The notes beneath the pieces are model-generated. The model ran no database searches. It was given only the letters and a program-made list of their open reading frames with translations, and was not told the origin of the DNA. Both the position numbers and the translations under genes were made by a program. Shown one piece after another: positions 23,998 to 36,480 of a stretch of 64,000 nt of DNA; the stretch's first letter is position 1, and every line of letters starts with the position of its first letter. The stretch spans positions 8,432,001 through 8,496,000 of the forward strand of contig OU015569.1 of assembly GCA_907165135.1 (NCBI GenBank), read 5' to 3'. The DNA comes from Oikopleura dioica. Its lineage: Eukaryota > Animalia > Chordata.

Positions 23998-26546
23998 TTA
24001 TTGAATTTCTTCAAGGCAAACATTGCTCTCCTTTGGTTCTTCTGACTCCTGAAGTTCGCAAACTTCCGGGTTCGACGCATTTTTCTTGAGAAACAATAAA
24101 TATCGGAGTAATTTAACTCTACCTACTTTTTCTAGTTGTAAAAAACCTTTCAAAATAATTTTGGTAAAGGTAAGAACGTAAAACAAAATGAAGAAAGAAA
24201 ATATTAGAGCATCTGCAGTGTCCATACAGGAGAACGAAACAGGCCTTCAACTTTTTTCGTAATTATTTACTATTTTTCTTTACTTTGAGAATCGGTCGAT
24301 CGCTTCCAGTGGCCATCTTCGAATAAAGTACTTTACGCACTTGCCAATAATCAGTGACTTGTTGCCACTTATTTCGTTGTCATCCATAAAGATGACTTCT
24401 TCTGAAACCGACGAAGATCCGGCTTTTACAGCAACACTCCAGAACGCAGAGAATCCAATAAATGTAACTACGAACAAAGCAATGCCATACAAAGCCAGAT
24501 TCAAGACAGTCGGCAGAACATTTGTTAGATTAACTTTTGTGAATTTTCGATTTCAATGAAAGATCTTGGTCTTGTCAACGAAAACTCATTTTCTGAATCA
24601 GCGGTTTTTGCTTTTAAGCTCGTTTTCTCTCTTGAAATTTGCTTGCAAATATTTCCGGCAATGATTGTACTCATCAATGAGACCAGAATACTAAACATTG
24701 GATTTGGCGTTTATAAGTTCAAATACCTCTTGACCGAGTAAAATGAGAGAGCCTTGACGAAATAATTATATGTCACGAAAACGGACGGAAGATCATGGCA
24801 CGCAATCTGGATGAAAACCAGCTGGTTTAATTCTTTCGCAGACTTTTCCGCATTGAATGCGACTTCATCTCTTACACATCTGATTCAGTTAATAAAAACT
24901 CGCTCTTGCTAGTAACGCGGTATGTTTTTATTATCTTTCCTCCATGCATGAATTGCGAAAAGAATGCAGATCGAAAACCGAAGAAAAGAGATTCCAAAGA
25001 GGGACTGGGAAACTCCCAACCGACTCACCATAATTGTTCCATTTTGATCAATATAGCCTAAAAGTACACCATTGATTTATCATTGTCACAAGGATTAAGG
25101 ACGCTAACTAAGGGTTTAATCATTATTTTATTTATTTATTCATTATTGCTTAAAAACATTAGACTTACTTGCCCATATGATCACTTTAGTGAGGTTTGAA
25201 ACAATCAAAGCTTTTCGAAAATTTACGTTAATGATTATTCAACCTTTCCTTCAATAATAAGTACGAGAGATGGAAACAAGCAATATTGAAGCCGACAACC
25301 AGGTTTTATGTGTTAGATTAGTAACATTTTTCATTATTGCTAATAATTTATTAGTGCAAGTAAGGCTAAGGGTGAAATCCTATGTGTTTTTTTGTGTTTT
25401 ATGCACTTAAAATCCCAAAGACGAATAATTTTTGTAATTCGATTCTCATAAAACCTTTTCAGTACGCAAATGGCTTCATAAAGTTTCCAGGCGAGACCTT
25501 CGATTTAATACCAAGTAACGAGGCGAGTGCTACTGCCAAAGATAGAGACAATACTGTTACTGTACCTATAACAAAGATAACCTAAAAGATATCTGAGCAA
25601 CACATGCTTGAAATGATGAAAGAGACTGATTCCGTCTTTTTTGTGACCAGGCTGAAAGTGTCGACGGACGAAATCATTTTCAAACTAGATAGTCCCGCAA
25701 GAATAGTAGAAATATTCTGTCTCTCTGATTGTTCATCTCTTGATGATTTATCTTTAAATAATTGTATCGATCTCATTAAGTCAGTTAATAGCGTACCATT
25801 AATCGCTGAATGCACCGAGAACTCAATGACAACCAAATCGTTCATGACCAGGGACTGGGAAAGATGAGGTGGTTCTTTTAAACTATCGCCGTAAATAAAG
25901 GTTAGCATCAGCTTTAATTTGTTTTTGATGGATTCAGCAGTTTTCCGCTTTATCGAGCTTTGTTGGAGGTCATATCTGTTTAACTAAATTCAATAACAAT
26001 TAAATTTAGTAATTATGAAATCATAGAAGACTACTCTACGCCCCTTTCCTCGTTGAGGAGAAGACAATTGCGCTCGAAATAATTTCGTAGGAGAGCTGAT
26101 CATCTGCGTCTAATTGATTCGCCACGTGAAAATTGATGTACTCTCGCTCTAGCCCTTTGGAAGCCATTATTTGAAATTTGTCGCCGATTTTCGGATCTCT
26201 AATTGTCAGTGTGAATACCTTCAAAACCACCGTTACGAACGAAAAGTCGGAACAAACTTACTCTGTTAAATGGTGAACGACTAACAGTAAAGCGCTCGTC
26301 ATCGTCTGCATTATTTTTACCAAAGAATCTAATAGCATCAACCGTATCAGGTGCTTCGTCAAAAAATATTATCTTCTTCGATTCAGACGGATCCGAGAGA
26401 GTCATTTCCACGTTTCCAGATTCAGAGCCAAGTATTTTCTAGGAGGAGTTCTTACTTTGATCGTTCTCTTTTATTTTAAATATGTTTCTAACTCCTTTCA
26501 ATGACAAACAAACGCTAAAAATGAAAAAGTTTTTAAGAAAATTCAT
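23998..26546 (-). CDS. Uncharacterised multi-pass membrane protein with N-terminal ectodomain
   Basis: Signal-like start MNFLKNFFIFS, soluble exons (26199-26411, 26036-26230, 25582-25908), then about seven hydrophobic segments in hand-translated exons. Exact splicing is only partly resolved. Confidence 0.5.
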
Positions 26547-26913
26547 TTTTCCAAAGAGTAGTCTCTAGTATGGAATCAGGCGTGATGATAGTAATTTGCG
26601 CGCTGAATGATAAATCAAAATGTCCAAAAAATCAAGGATCAAATAGAGAGTCGTGATTGACAGACCATCGAATATTCTGATAAATTAATTCTTTGCTGGG
26701 TTATTTTCAGCGCGTGAACTTGTAAAATTGCCCCTCTATGAGCGTGCTATTTCCTCAGGCCTACCTGGTCGGAACTTCTAAGAATTGAGCTGGGGCCTCT
26801 GTTTGTATTTAGTAAAGAACGGATTAGCTAATCGCAGGAATTCAAACCAAAGTTTTAGAGTGTGGAGCAAACTTTCCTCTGAAATAATCCCCACATCATG
26901 TACACAAGGGAAT

Positions 26914-27516
26914 TTATTTACGTACACAAGCAGTCGCTAACGGATAATAGCTACAGTAAAAAGTCCTTCTTATCATCCTTCTGTGGCTTAAATTTTTCAT
27001 CGAAGCTATGTGATCTTCTGATCGTCGCTTTCGGTTGCCAGATCCGGGCAGATACAGCAGAATTTTCCGTTGCTTTGAGTCGAAATCTGCAGAGCGCATT
27101 TGTCTAACTCCGATTTTCGTATTTGTCCCCTAAAACCGTCGTCAGCTGCCTACCAATTTGGTCTCACCTTCAGCTTCTGGAGCAGATCACTTGGTATATA
27201 TTGCGTCGTTTGTAGTAAATTCCAAGCCTCTTTTTGATCAGCAGAGATCTCCGATTTTTCCTCCGCGTTATGCTCTAGTTTCAAGTCTACCAGTCCTATG
27301 GTATCAACTGTCTCAAATCCGTCGAGCTTGCCAACAAGCTGGCTCGCTATACTGTAAATAAATGTATTTACAAGCAAATGCATGAAGTCCTTACCTGACA
27401 ACTTTGTCTTGTGATTTTGCTGATATTCTGTTGAACACTAGTTCATGACTCTGTTTTCGTCGACTCTCTACTGGAATGGACAGAACCAAGGAAAGAAAAG
27501 AGAAGCAGATTAACAT
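26914..27516 (-). CDS. Small secreted protein, possible peptide precursor
   Basis: Signal peptide MLICFSFLSLVLSIPVES, then a GT-AG intron in frame with ORF 27150-27401; last exon ambiguous. Confidence 0.55.
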
Positions 27517-28175
27517 CAAACGCGCAAAAATTAAATAGCAATTTTATCAAGTAGAGTGTAATAAAAATAAGCGTAATCTACTGTAACCAAAGCCTGGCTT
27601 AGATTCGCTGATATTCTCCAAATTAAAATGAATTCGGAACTTTTACTTCAGAAGCACGAGCACGGAAACAGAGGGCGCTCTTGTGTCTGTCCTCGTTTTC
27701 ACGATAATCACTTTTAGTGTTCCATAACCCCTTATTGCCACTTCTTATGACAACAGGAGATGGCACAGAAAGTTATTTGCTTGTAAGTTAATGATTTATT
27801 GTGAATAACAAATACTGTATAAATAGTACAAAGACTGCCATTACATTAGCGTACATGAAAAAATTATTTGCAACTGAGATCGTATATTTCTTTTCTTAAA
27901 CACAGTTGTCGTATTTTTCAGATATTTTTCACACAATTTATAAGCATTGGGGTAGTTTTGTATTTAAAGAAACCTCTCTGTCTGAGATCAGGGTCTTGTG
28001 ACTTTAGCTGCATACATTACGAAGTAAATTAAGGTCGTGGAATGTTCGGCAGCTGTACTACTTTGCCCTCGGTTAAATTTATGCAAAAACTCTTCTATGG
28101 AATTCAGTCTGAGTTTTACCAAGTAATTTTTGCTCTGATTTAGGTTTATTAAAAGAAAGATGCAGGTATCTGAAA

Positions 28176-29172
28176 TTAGTTTTCTTGAGCGCGATTGGGG
28201 AGCATTTCGATCGGTAATGGGAAGATGATTGTCGAATTCTTCTCGGCAGAAATGGTTGTGAGAGTTTGCAAATATCTAAAAAAAAATAACTAAAAATTAG
28301 CTTTTTATCTCTACCGAAGTTGGATGGCTTGAGGTGCCTCAGCAATAATTCTCGCTGCATCTGCGATGTTCTTTGAAGCATTCTTTTCGCCTTCCGACTG
28401 GATTATCTTAGCCTTTGCCTCTCGCGATGCTTCGGCTTCTGCAGCCATTGCTCGTTGCATCTTAAAAAATTTTTTTGAAGCCTCTATGACTTCTTTACCG
28501 ATGCTGGGAGAACAAGATCTTTCAGCTCAACTCTCTCAACGTAGATTCCCCAAGGATCAGTTGCCTTGTCCAATGATTCTTGGATTTCATGCGAAATTTC
28601 GTCTCGTCCACTCAGGAGCTCTGTAAGGGTTCTTGTTCCGAGAATATTTCGAAGGGTCGTTTGAGCAAGGAGACGCTAAGATAAAAATAAATTTAGTACT
28701 TACTCCACCGTTCGATTTTACCGTCGACTGGCTGGCGTTGTCAACGGAAACCACGGATTTTGTAGCATCAGTGACTTTGTAATAGCAAACAGCATCCACG
28801 CGAATTGTGACAGAATCTTTTGTCAGTACTTCTTGCGGCGGAATATCGAAAACCACTGTGCGAAGATCGACTTGGCAATAAGTGTCAGTGAAGCAGTTGA
28901 CGAAAAAGATTCCAGGGCCGCTTGCTTTTTTATTTTTCAGTCTGCCAAGACGGAAAATGGCTGCTCTTTCGTATTCCTTTGAAAATTAATATACCCTGTG
29001 GCTGTTTTAAAAAAAATACCTGAACGATTTTGATGCAGAAAGGAAGAAAAATTGGAAATAGAAGAATAATGATCACAGTAAAAAAGCCGACAATACAAGA
29101 ATCGCATGCTCCTGGGCCTTCGTCCTCGTCCGACTTTCTATGATCTGTGATCGGAATTTGCGTCTCTGACAT
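28176..29172 (-). CDS. STOM: Stomatin (SPFH/band 7)
   Basis: EYERAAIFRLGR, VDLRTVVFDIPPQEVLTKDSVT, LLAQTTLRNILGT, MQRAMAAEAEASREAKAK, RYLQTLTTISAEKNSTIIFPLP. Confidence 0.93.
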
Positions 29173-30312
29173 TTTCAACTTTTCAGCTCTGCGAGAAAAA
29201 TCTATTCGTATTCAGTGAAAACGATTGAGGCGTTGATAAGATCGGAGCTGATTTTGAAAAACGTGGTCGTTAAAAAAGAGAGCATGACGGTTTTCGTAGG
29301 AATTTTTACGATCGCTCAAGTCGAACTTTCTTAGCTGTCATCATTAGACTTCTCCAAGTAGTCTACTCATACAGACGCTTTTAGTAGTGTTGGTAACAGT
29401 ATTTAACGTATTTCCTGTAGTTATTTAAAGATTCGTAGACATTTTTTTAAGAAAACAATTTTCATGATTCTGCATTTTTTTCTTTTTGCGAAGTTGATGA
29501 ACAGTTGTAAGAGGGCCGTCTGGAAGTTATAATGATATCACGATCAGTTTATTTATCGTTTAATCAGCATATTTTCTCGATTCATCCTCCCTGCAGCAAC
29601 TGATTTACACCATGCAGAGCGGTGAGGGCGAGCATCGCCTATGTAAGAAAGCGTATAAAGTGCCCAAGGGCATTCTTCTGCTAGATCAAAAAGGATCGAA
29701 GACCTTTTAGATTGGAAAGCATACAATCTTTTGGTCACCATCGTCGTTGCTATTTTTTATTATTCTTTAATTGTTCTGCTACTTGGTGTCATTTTACGAG
29801 AAAAGACGGAGAGAGAAAAGACGTCTTTTCAATGAAAATCATCGCCGCAGCAATTGTTCATGGTACTCGAATCAAACTTTAAACAGTTATGCACTGTAAT
29901 AGTTGTGCTTTTGCTTCAGTAGCGTTCCCTCTGAATGGATGATTTTGAGACTTATTTTTACGAGTGTTTTACGGTTGGGTCCTGTTCGAAATTTTATTTG
30001 AACGAATTCTATTCTTCGTTGCTCAAAGATAGCCATAACATAATGTGACATTATTAATGTCTTGTTTGATGAAACATCTTTATATCGAATCGGCCAGCCT
30101 TGGTTGTATAATACGACTCGTATCTATGATGTCATTATTGTTTTTATCGAATTCAGTAGCAGCAATTTTTGCAATCAATTCAATGACCTTCGACTTTGAA
30201 AGAGCGCTGAATTTTAAAATATATTTTTGAAGGTCTCTTATCATCGGAAGTACAAAACGAAGCAAATAAACAATGTTCAACTGATCATAATTGTGGAGAT
30301 TCTGCGAGCATT

Positions 30313-31857
30313 ATGAAAGACGTAAATCCCGAAAACATTTTGCTTGGAGGCGCCGATGAAGACACGCTGATTAAAAATTTAATCGATTGGCAAAAGGGCT
30401 TCTTGTCCGAGAAAATTGAGATCAGACGTGGTGAGTATGGCGTCGGTGTGTATGCTGTCGAAAATCTAGAAGAGGACGAGGAACTTTTCACTTCCGATAA
30501 CAATTATCTTATTAAACTTGATAAAGCTTTCGAGGTATAAGAATTATATAATATATATATAATATATTGATTTCATAATTGAAATGCACCTAAAAATATA
30601 AGAAAGTGACGCTTGTTTCAGGCCTTGAACGACAGAGTCGATGTTAATAAAAATTACAAGCTCGACTGCACAGATACACTCTCACTGTTCGTTGCTCTTG
30701 AAGGTAAACTTGATTTGATTTTTTTGTCGATAAACGTGTTCAGTAAAAAAACGAGAAAAGTCTGATATCTGGCCATACCTAGCAACAATGCCCCTCGCCT
30801 ACATTACACCACTAGAATACTGGCCGGAAAAGATGCTGGAGTTTCTAACTCCAACTGGAAAAGATTTGGCACAATCATCTTCTGAAGACTTTAAAATTCG
30901 GTGGGAGCGAATTGATAAAATTTACAATTCTGTCAATCAAGAAAATATTTTGACGGAAGAAGAATTTCACCACGCATATTCAATCGTTTTTACGAGGTAA
31001 AATATTGCCATAGAAGCAGTCATGAACGATTACAAAGGTACTTTACTGATGAAGAGCCAGAAGCTTTTCCAGACTGGTTTCACGAAGACTCTGGCTGTGG
31101 TTCGTTAGGCCCAGTTTTCGATTTCTGGAATCATGATCACCCGGCAAACGCAGACTGGTTCGTCGACAATGGAATGGAAATCAGAACCTCGGAAGCAATT
31201 CCAGCTGGCGCGGAGCTGTTCATCTCTTACGGGTAAAGATATTTGATCATCTCGTTCTCAAACTGTCGTAGCGACAACGCTCTGCAAAATGCTAAACTAG
31301 CTCAATCTTATGGCTTTACCTTCGGTGACAGCGAAAAGCTCTTTGAGGTTAGAAAAATCCTTGATGAGCCGTCACAAAATTCCTAGGTTGTTAATTTCTA
31401 CGAAGAAGAACTGATTCAAGCGTGCTTAGAGCGCCTGGGCATGTCGGAAAAAATATGCAAATTAAAGACACAATTAGCGCTAGAGATGAATGAAGACGAT
31501 GCAGGATTCTTAGACGGAGATTGTCATTTGAAATCGTCGGCTGTTGAGTACATTGCCAGTGGAGATCCGAGAGCGATAAACGATAAAAATGCCCAGAAAA
31601 ACTCACAAGATTCCAGGTCTCTACGACTGGCTCTCTGGATTGTGTACAAGCGGATTGCAGAATTAGATTTGCTCAAAGGCAAAATTTCTTCGTCCGAGTT
31701 CACCGCTACCGAAGAAAGATACCTACAAATGGCAACTGACATGCTCAATTCTGAAATGCACGTTCTCGAGCTCTGTGTTGATTACCTGGAAGACGATGCT
31801 CTGAAACTAGAGCGATCCTCGATGTCTGTTGACAGACAGAAGAACCTGTCGATTTAG
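30313..31857 (+). CDS. SET-domain protein lysine methyltransferase, Rubisco-LSMT/SETD3-4-6 type
   Basis: GEYGVGVYAVENLEEDEELF, WPYLATMP, HAYSIVFTR, GPVFDFWNH, AGAELFISYG...N..L..SYGF. Confidence 0.85.
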
Positions 31858-32028
31858 ATTCTTCATTATTGATAATCTGAGATTTCTTCAAGTTAACTCT
31901 TTAGTATACGTTTATTTATTACTTTAATAAATGACAAAAAAAAAACTATCAATAACAGATTGATAAATCAAAGTCACGGTTCAGCAATGATCATTCTGGA
32001 CCTACAGAATGCAGCATAGGCATACAAC

Positions 32029-35000
32029 CTATGTAAAGAACATTCGGTAGGAGAGTGCCTTGTGCACTTTGCAGATTTTATTCTTATCATCTTCTCTTCC
32101 GCCCTTTCCTCTTGAGCCGCTGCTCATAGAGCCCGTATCCCTGGATTAAAAATAAGATGATTCAAACCAGATCGCCTTACCCGAAGCCAAGATCTCTGAG
32201 CCAGTATCGAGCCCGTTCAGTCAGAAGCTTGGCATAGCAAACGACAATAGGAACGGAGACAGTTCGCGTGCAGCGAGCATAAGCATGGCAGAGCGCGTAA
32301 GTCATGTTCTAGATATTTTTTAAGATGATCGAATACAGAAATTGTACCTGGAAGGCGTGAGGGCAGAGGCTGTTTTCATCATGCATCACCATATAGTGAG
32401 CTGCCTTCGATGTTCCTAAATATTATCTGTTTAGATGCTTATAAATTAAATACGTGCCTTGAATTCCCGCATGGGAACAGAGATAGAAATCATAGAACAG
32501 CTGGCTTGTAGGGCCTGATTCTACGACTGTTCCTGCAGGTATGTTCGCCGCTTTTCCTTCTCCGTCCGCAGTTTTTTCCACGTAGAACTTCGTGTGGTGG
32601 GAGCGCTGCACCGAGATCATTGTGACACCAGGACGGTATCCCCCTTTTAAAAATATATTCGTATTTTAAAACATCTTTTATCAATCTTACCATCACCATC
32701 GGGCATTTCTCGACAGGCTCTTCGAATCTGAGATACCTCGTACTTTAGAGCATCTTCAAACTGGCCTTCTCCTAATCCATCTTTGTAATAAATGATGGCC
32801 ATCGGTTTTTTCTTAGTAGCCTTGAATTAAAATGTTTGATCTTGAATAAATTATGATTAGTACTCTGTGAAACGCAGTAAGGCATTTCTTCATAAGCTCG
32901 CACATATCTTCGACCTTATGGCCCTTTCCCTGAAGGGATGCAAAGCCAACATATCGAGCGCCAGCAGCATCGATTGATGCAGTCATAGTTGCCACAGATG
33001 GGCCTCCTGAGGCTGAGTGGCTGATAGAAGTTCCGACGACCATAACCGGGACATCGAAGATATGGATCATGTTAGTTTTCTCCACTCGAACATTGATTCC
33101 TATTTATGATTTTATTGCAATTTTCACAAATGATTGAATACCATTCATTTTGTGGTTGATCTTCATCAACAAATTTCCAGCAGTCATAAGGTCAATGCCA
33201 GTAGGAGGCCTGCCTTTACCGCAAAAGTTCTTCTTTTTGATGCACTGAGTCATCACGCCCAACGATAACTCGGAAACACGTTTTACCATGGCGTATTTCT
33301 CTAAAAGCATTGATCTAATTACATTATTAGCTGATCATTGCATACCCGTTCCTACCGATCCACTATCGGGGAGAACAATTATTGCCAGATCGACACCAGC
33401 ACCTTTGCAATTTTCGAAAAATTTCTCGCACCCATAATTGTCGATGTCAACGATTTTCTTGCCGAAATGGGTATCGTTAAGAGTTTCTCCGCTGATCTGG
33501 ATCCCCATCTCTTTAGCCTTCTTGGTCAAGTTCGTTTTGAAGTTGTCGTAGTCACTCTTCCGTGGCGCGTGTCGATCATCCATTCCAATCCTTATATTTT
33601 AATTATCATCATATCATAATTTTGGCCTTCAAAAATGCTTTTACTTCTCATAGATTTATCCTTATAAAGTACTTACGAGCCGATGATCCATGTTTTAATT
33701 TTTGCGGCCTTTTTGACCTTCTTGAAACTTTTAAGATTCCCCATCACCGGATTAAGATTCCCGTCACCGGATTCCAGTTTTGGCGCGGTAATCAACTCCC
33801 CATTCGTCTTTGCCATCCTGCTCACGTCAACATCCAGGCCATAATCTTCCAAAAAGTCAGTCATTTGGCCTTTGAGGGATTTCGCTAGTTTTTCCACACG
33901 CTCCTGCATATCTTTCGGAGGTTTCGCTGCCTCCTTGATGAGAGCCTGGACATCATTCGGATTCGCCCCTGAATAAAAAAATAATATTTTTTCTAGTCTC
34001 TCTAGGGTCCGACACGATCGGAGGATCCAAGTTTTTGAAAGGCCAGAGACTGTCTCTGTTCTAAATTATTGTATAACTTTTGATGATCAATATTTACCTT
34101 TAACTATTTGGTTGGGCAGAAGAATGCACTTCTCAACTGGAAAAAGCGACTCTCGCTTGCCGGTGCCAACCTTTATACAGGGAAAATTTGCATTTTCGAC
34201 CCTATTCCCGATTTCCGCAAAGTAATCTGCAACTGACAACTTTGTCCCATTCTAAAAACAAGTAAAATTTCAAGAAATTGCAGAGTTTCTTACTCTGTCG
34301 AAAGTCGATTCCCGCGCACTCTTCGCGCTTAGGCTATGAATTTTCTGGGGAGTAACTTTCCCATAGTTGGTGCAGAATTCAAGGTTTTTGAGCTCAACCG
34401 AAGCTCTTTTCCATACGTCGGGATTGCATGCTGCTTTCTCGCCGCCCGCGAAGTCTACCAACCAACTTTTCACACTTTGCTGGTTGTAAAACATTGCAGC
34501 ATGCTGATCGATGTTCAAAGCAAAACACTTCCATTTAGTTGGCTTCACTGTTTGGTGCGTTCCGAGCCAAATGAATTTTCCTGAATATCCGAATGCAGAA
34601 ACATTTATCATAATTTATTACCGTCGCCGGAAAACTTAGGGTCGATCTTGTATGCCGGATCGCTGGAATAAAGAGTTCGCTTGATCCTAGTGTAGTCCCG
34701 AGAAATGGAGGCAGCACGGAAGATGCAGTCGATTGCTAAAATGTCCGTAAAGAAGAATCAAACTTGCGCTTTTACCTTGAAGAGCAACTTGAGAGTGCAT
34801 CTTTCCGCTCGCGCAGTCCTCGATTTCTTGAGCATGAATTGTTCGCACTTTAGTAATCAGAATTGTATAATCGTGCATGTTACTATAAACCGTTATGAAG
34901 TGAAATTAATTCTGTATTACCGTGCGCCTTTAGGCTGATGTCGTACATTCATTGCGAGAAACACTCGCTTCTTTTCGCTGTTTGGCAACATAGAGGCGTT

Positions 35001-36129
35001 CTTAATCTGCATCTCCTTCTTCCAAGTTTCTTGCATAGTAGCAATACCATGTGTATGCTCATAGGCTTCGGATTTTTCAATCAAGCCCTTGATGGCAGCG
35101 TTCCAGTTCCCTTCTTTTACATAATCTTTGAAGACATCCTAAATTTCGAATAAATAAGGACTGATAAATATATTCTACCATTTTTTCCATCTCATGATGG
35201 TAGAAAAATGCGCTTTCTCCATCGTAGGACGGAATTGACTTTTTGTCCTCGAGAGTTTTGTCAAAGCCAGAGACGTTTGGATCCATGTTGATGTACTGTC
35301 CACAGAAATCCATGAAAGCAGCATGGCGTTCTTCATTAGACTTGAGGATGGGTGCATATCTATCGTTAGTTCCCCATTCTACTCGGTACATGTAAAGACT
35401 CTTCATCTTCAGTGAGATATTGAAGTAGTTAGATCGAAGAGCGATCTTTCTACGTTTATAGACCTTCTCCATTTTTCGATCTTCTTCATATTCATCCACG
35501 TTCATCTTTCTGATCTTGTCAGCGTTGAGAAGACGGATAGTTGCTTCCTCCAAAATTTGCTAAGAAATATTATTTGAATTCAAATTCATCTTTCTTACAG
35601 CTCGTCGATCTTCTGAGTCGGTAGAAGAGGAAAGCGCAAACAACTCGGTTGGGCAATTGTCGTCCAACAAAGAGTCATCTTCCAGATCTTTGGGCTCCGG
35701 AAAAGCTGAATGATCAGCAGTAACATCAAGAGTAACTTCAGGTACGGGAATCAGGTCCGAAGATGCTTCTTCAATTGGAGTCTCTAATGGAGTGTCTATT
35801 GGTGTTTCTGATGGGTCATCATACGCCGGGTTGTTCTCGCCAGCAGGAACAGCTGGAACAGAGCGAGCTTCCCTCCACCAACAGTCAACTTCGCTTTTTA
35901 TAAGGACACAAAAACTATTTTACTTACAAACGTGGACAAATTCTTTATTATAAGCCCAGTAGTTTATCTGATAAAAATTATATCACATAATGACAATCGA
36001 TATCCCTTTCCCACAGCTTCCTCAAGTTGAGCTTCATTCAGTCCTGATGCCTTGACACGGCCTCTGCCACGGCCTCTACCTTAGAAGACCCTCCCAAATT
36101 AGAGCCCAAATGATAGTCATACCTGTCAT
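32029..36129 (-). CDS. Argonaute (AGO clade, divergent, predicted non-slicing)
   Basis: N, PAZ, MID and PIWI segments: LRSNYF, SVADYF...FPCIKVG, YAMVKRVSELSLGVMTQCI, YYKDGLGEGQF, VQRSHHTKF, DFYLCSHAGIQGTS, LCHAYARCTRTVSVP, C-terminus RMFFT*. Confidence 0.93.
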
Positions 36130-36480
36130 GAAAGAGTTTCCAAAAGAATCGAAGATCGACTTACTCTATTGACTTTTTTACAAAAGTGGCGAAAATTTCG
36201 CCAGTGAAACGCTGGTAGCTTATGGACACCTGGAGCGACTGCCGGTGCCGGAGAGACGGCAAGTGAAAATAAAACAGAAAAAATATTTTTTTCAAATTTG
36301 TTTGCAAGGTGCTGAATTTCAACCAAGATGAACTCAATAACTGACATTATTTAAATCGCATCATCGTGTTTTTTTTATCGCTGAGCTGCAGGGATTGATA
36401 GAAAATGAGGTCGCAATAAATTTACAGCTAAATCATTAAAACGTTGAGCATTATGTATACAAAAAAACTTCTAACACAGT

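Noticed and set aside
30541-30570. AT microsatellite-like tract
   Set aside because: Ordinary low-complexity intron sequence.
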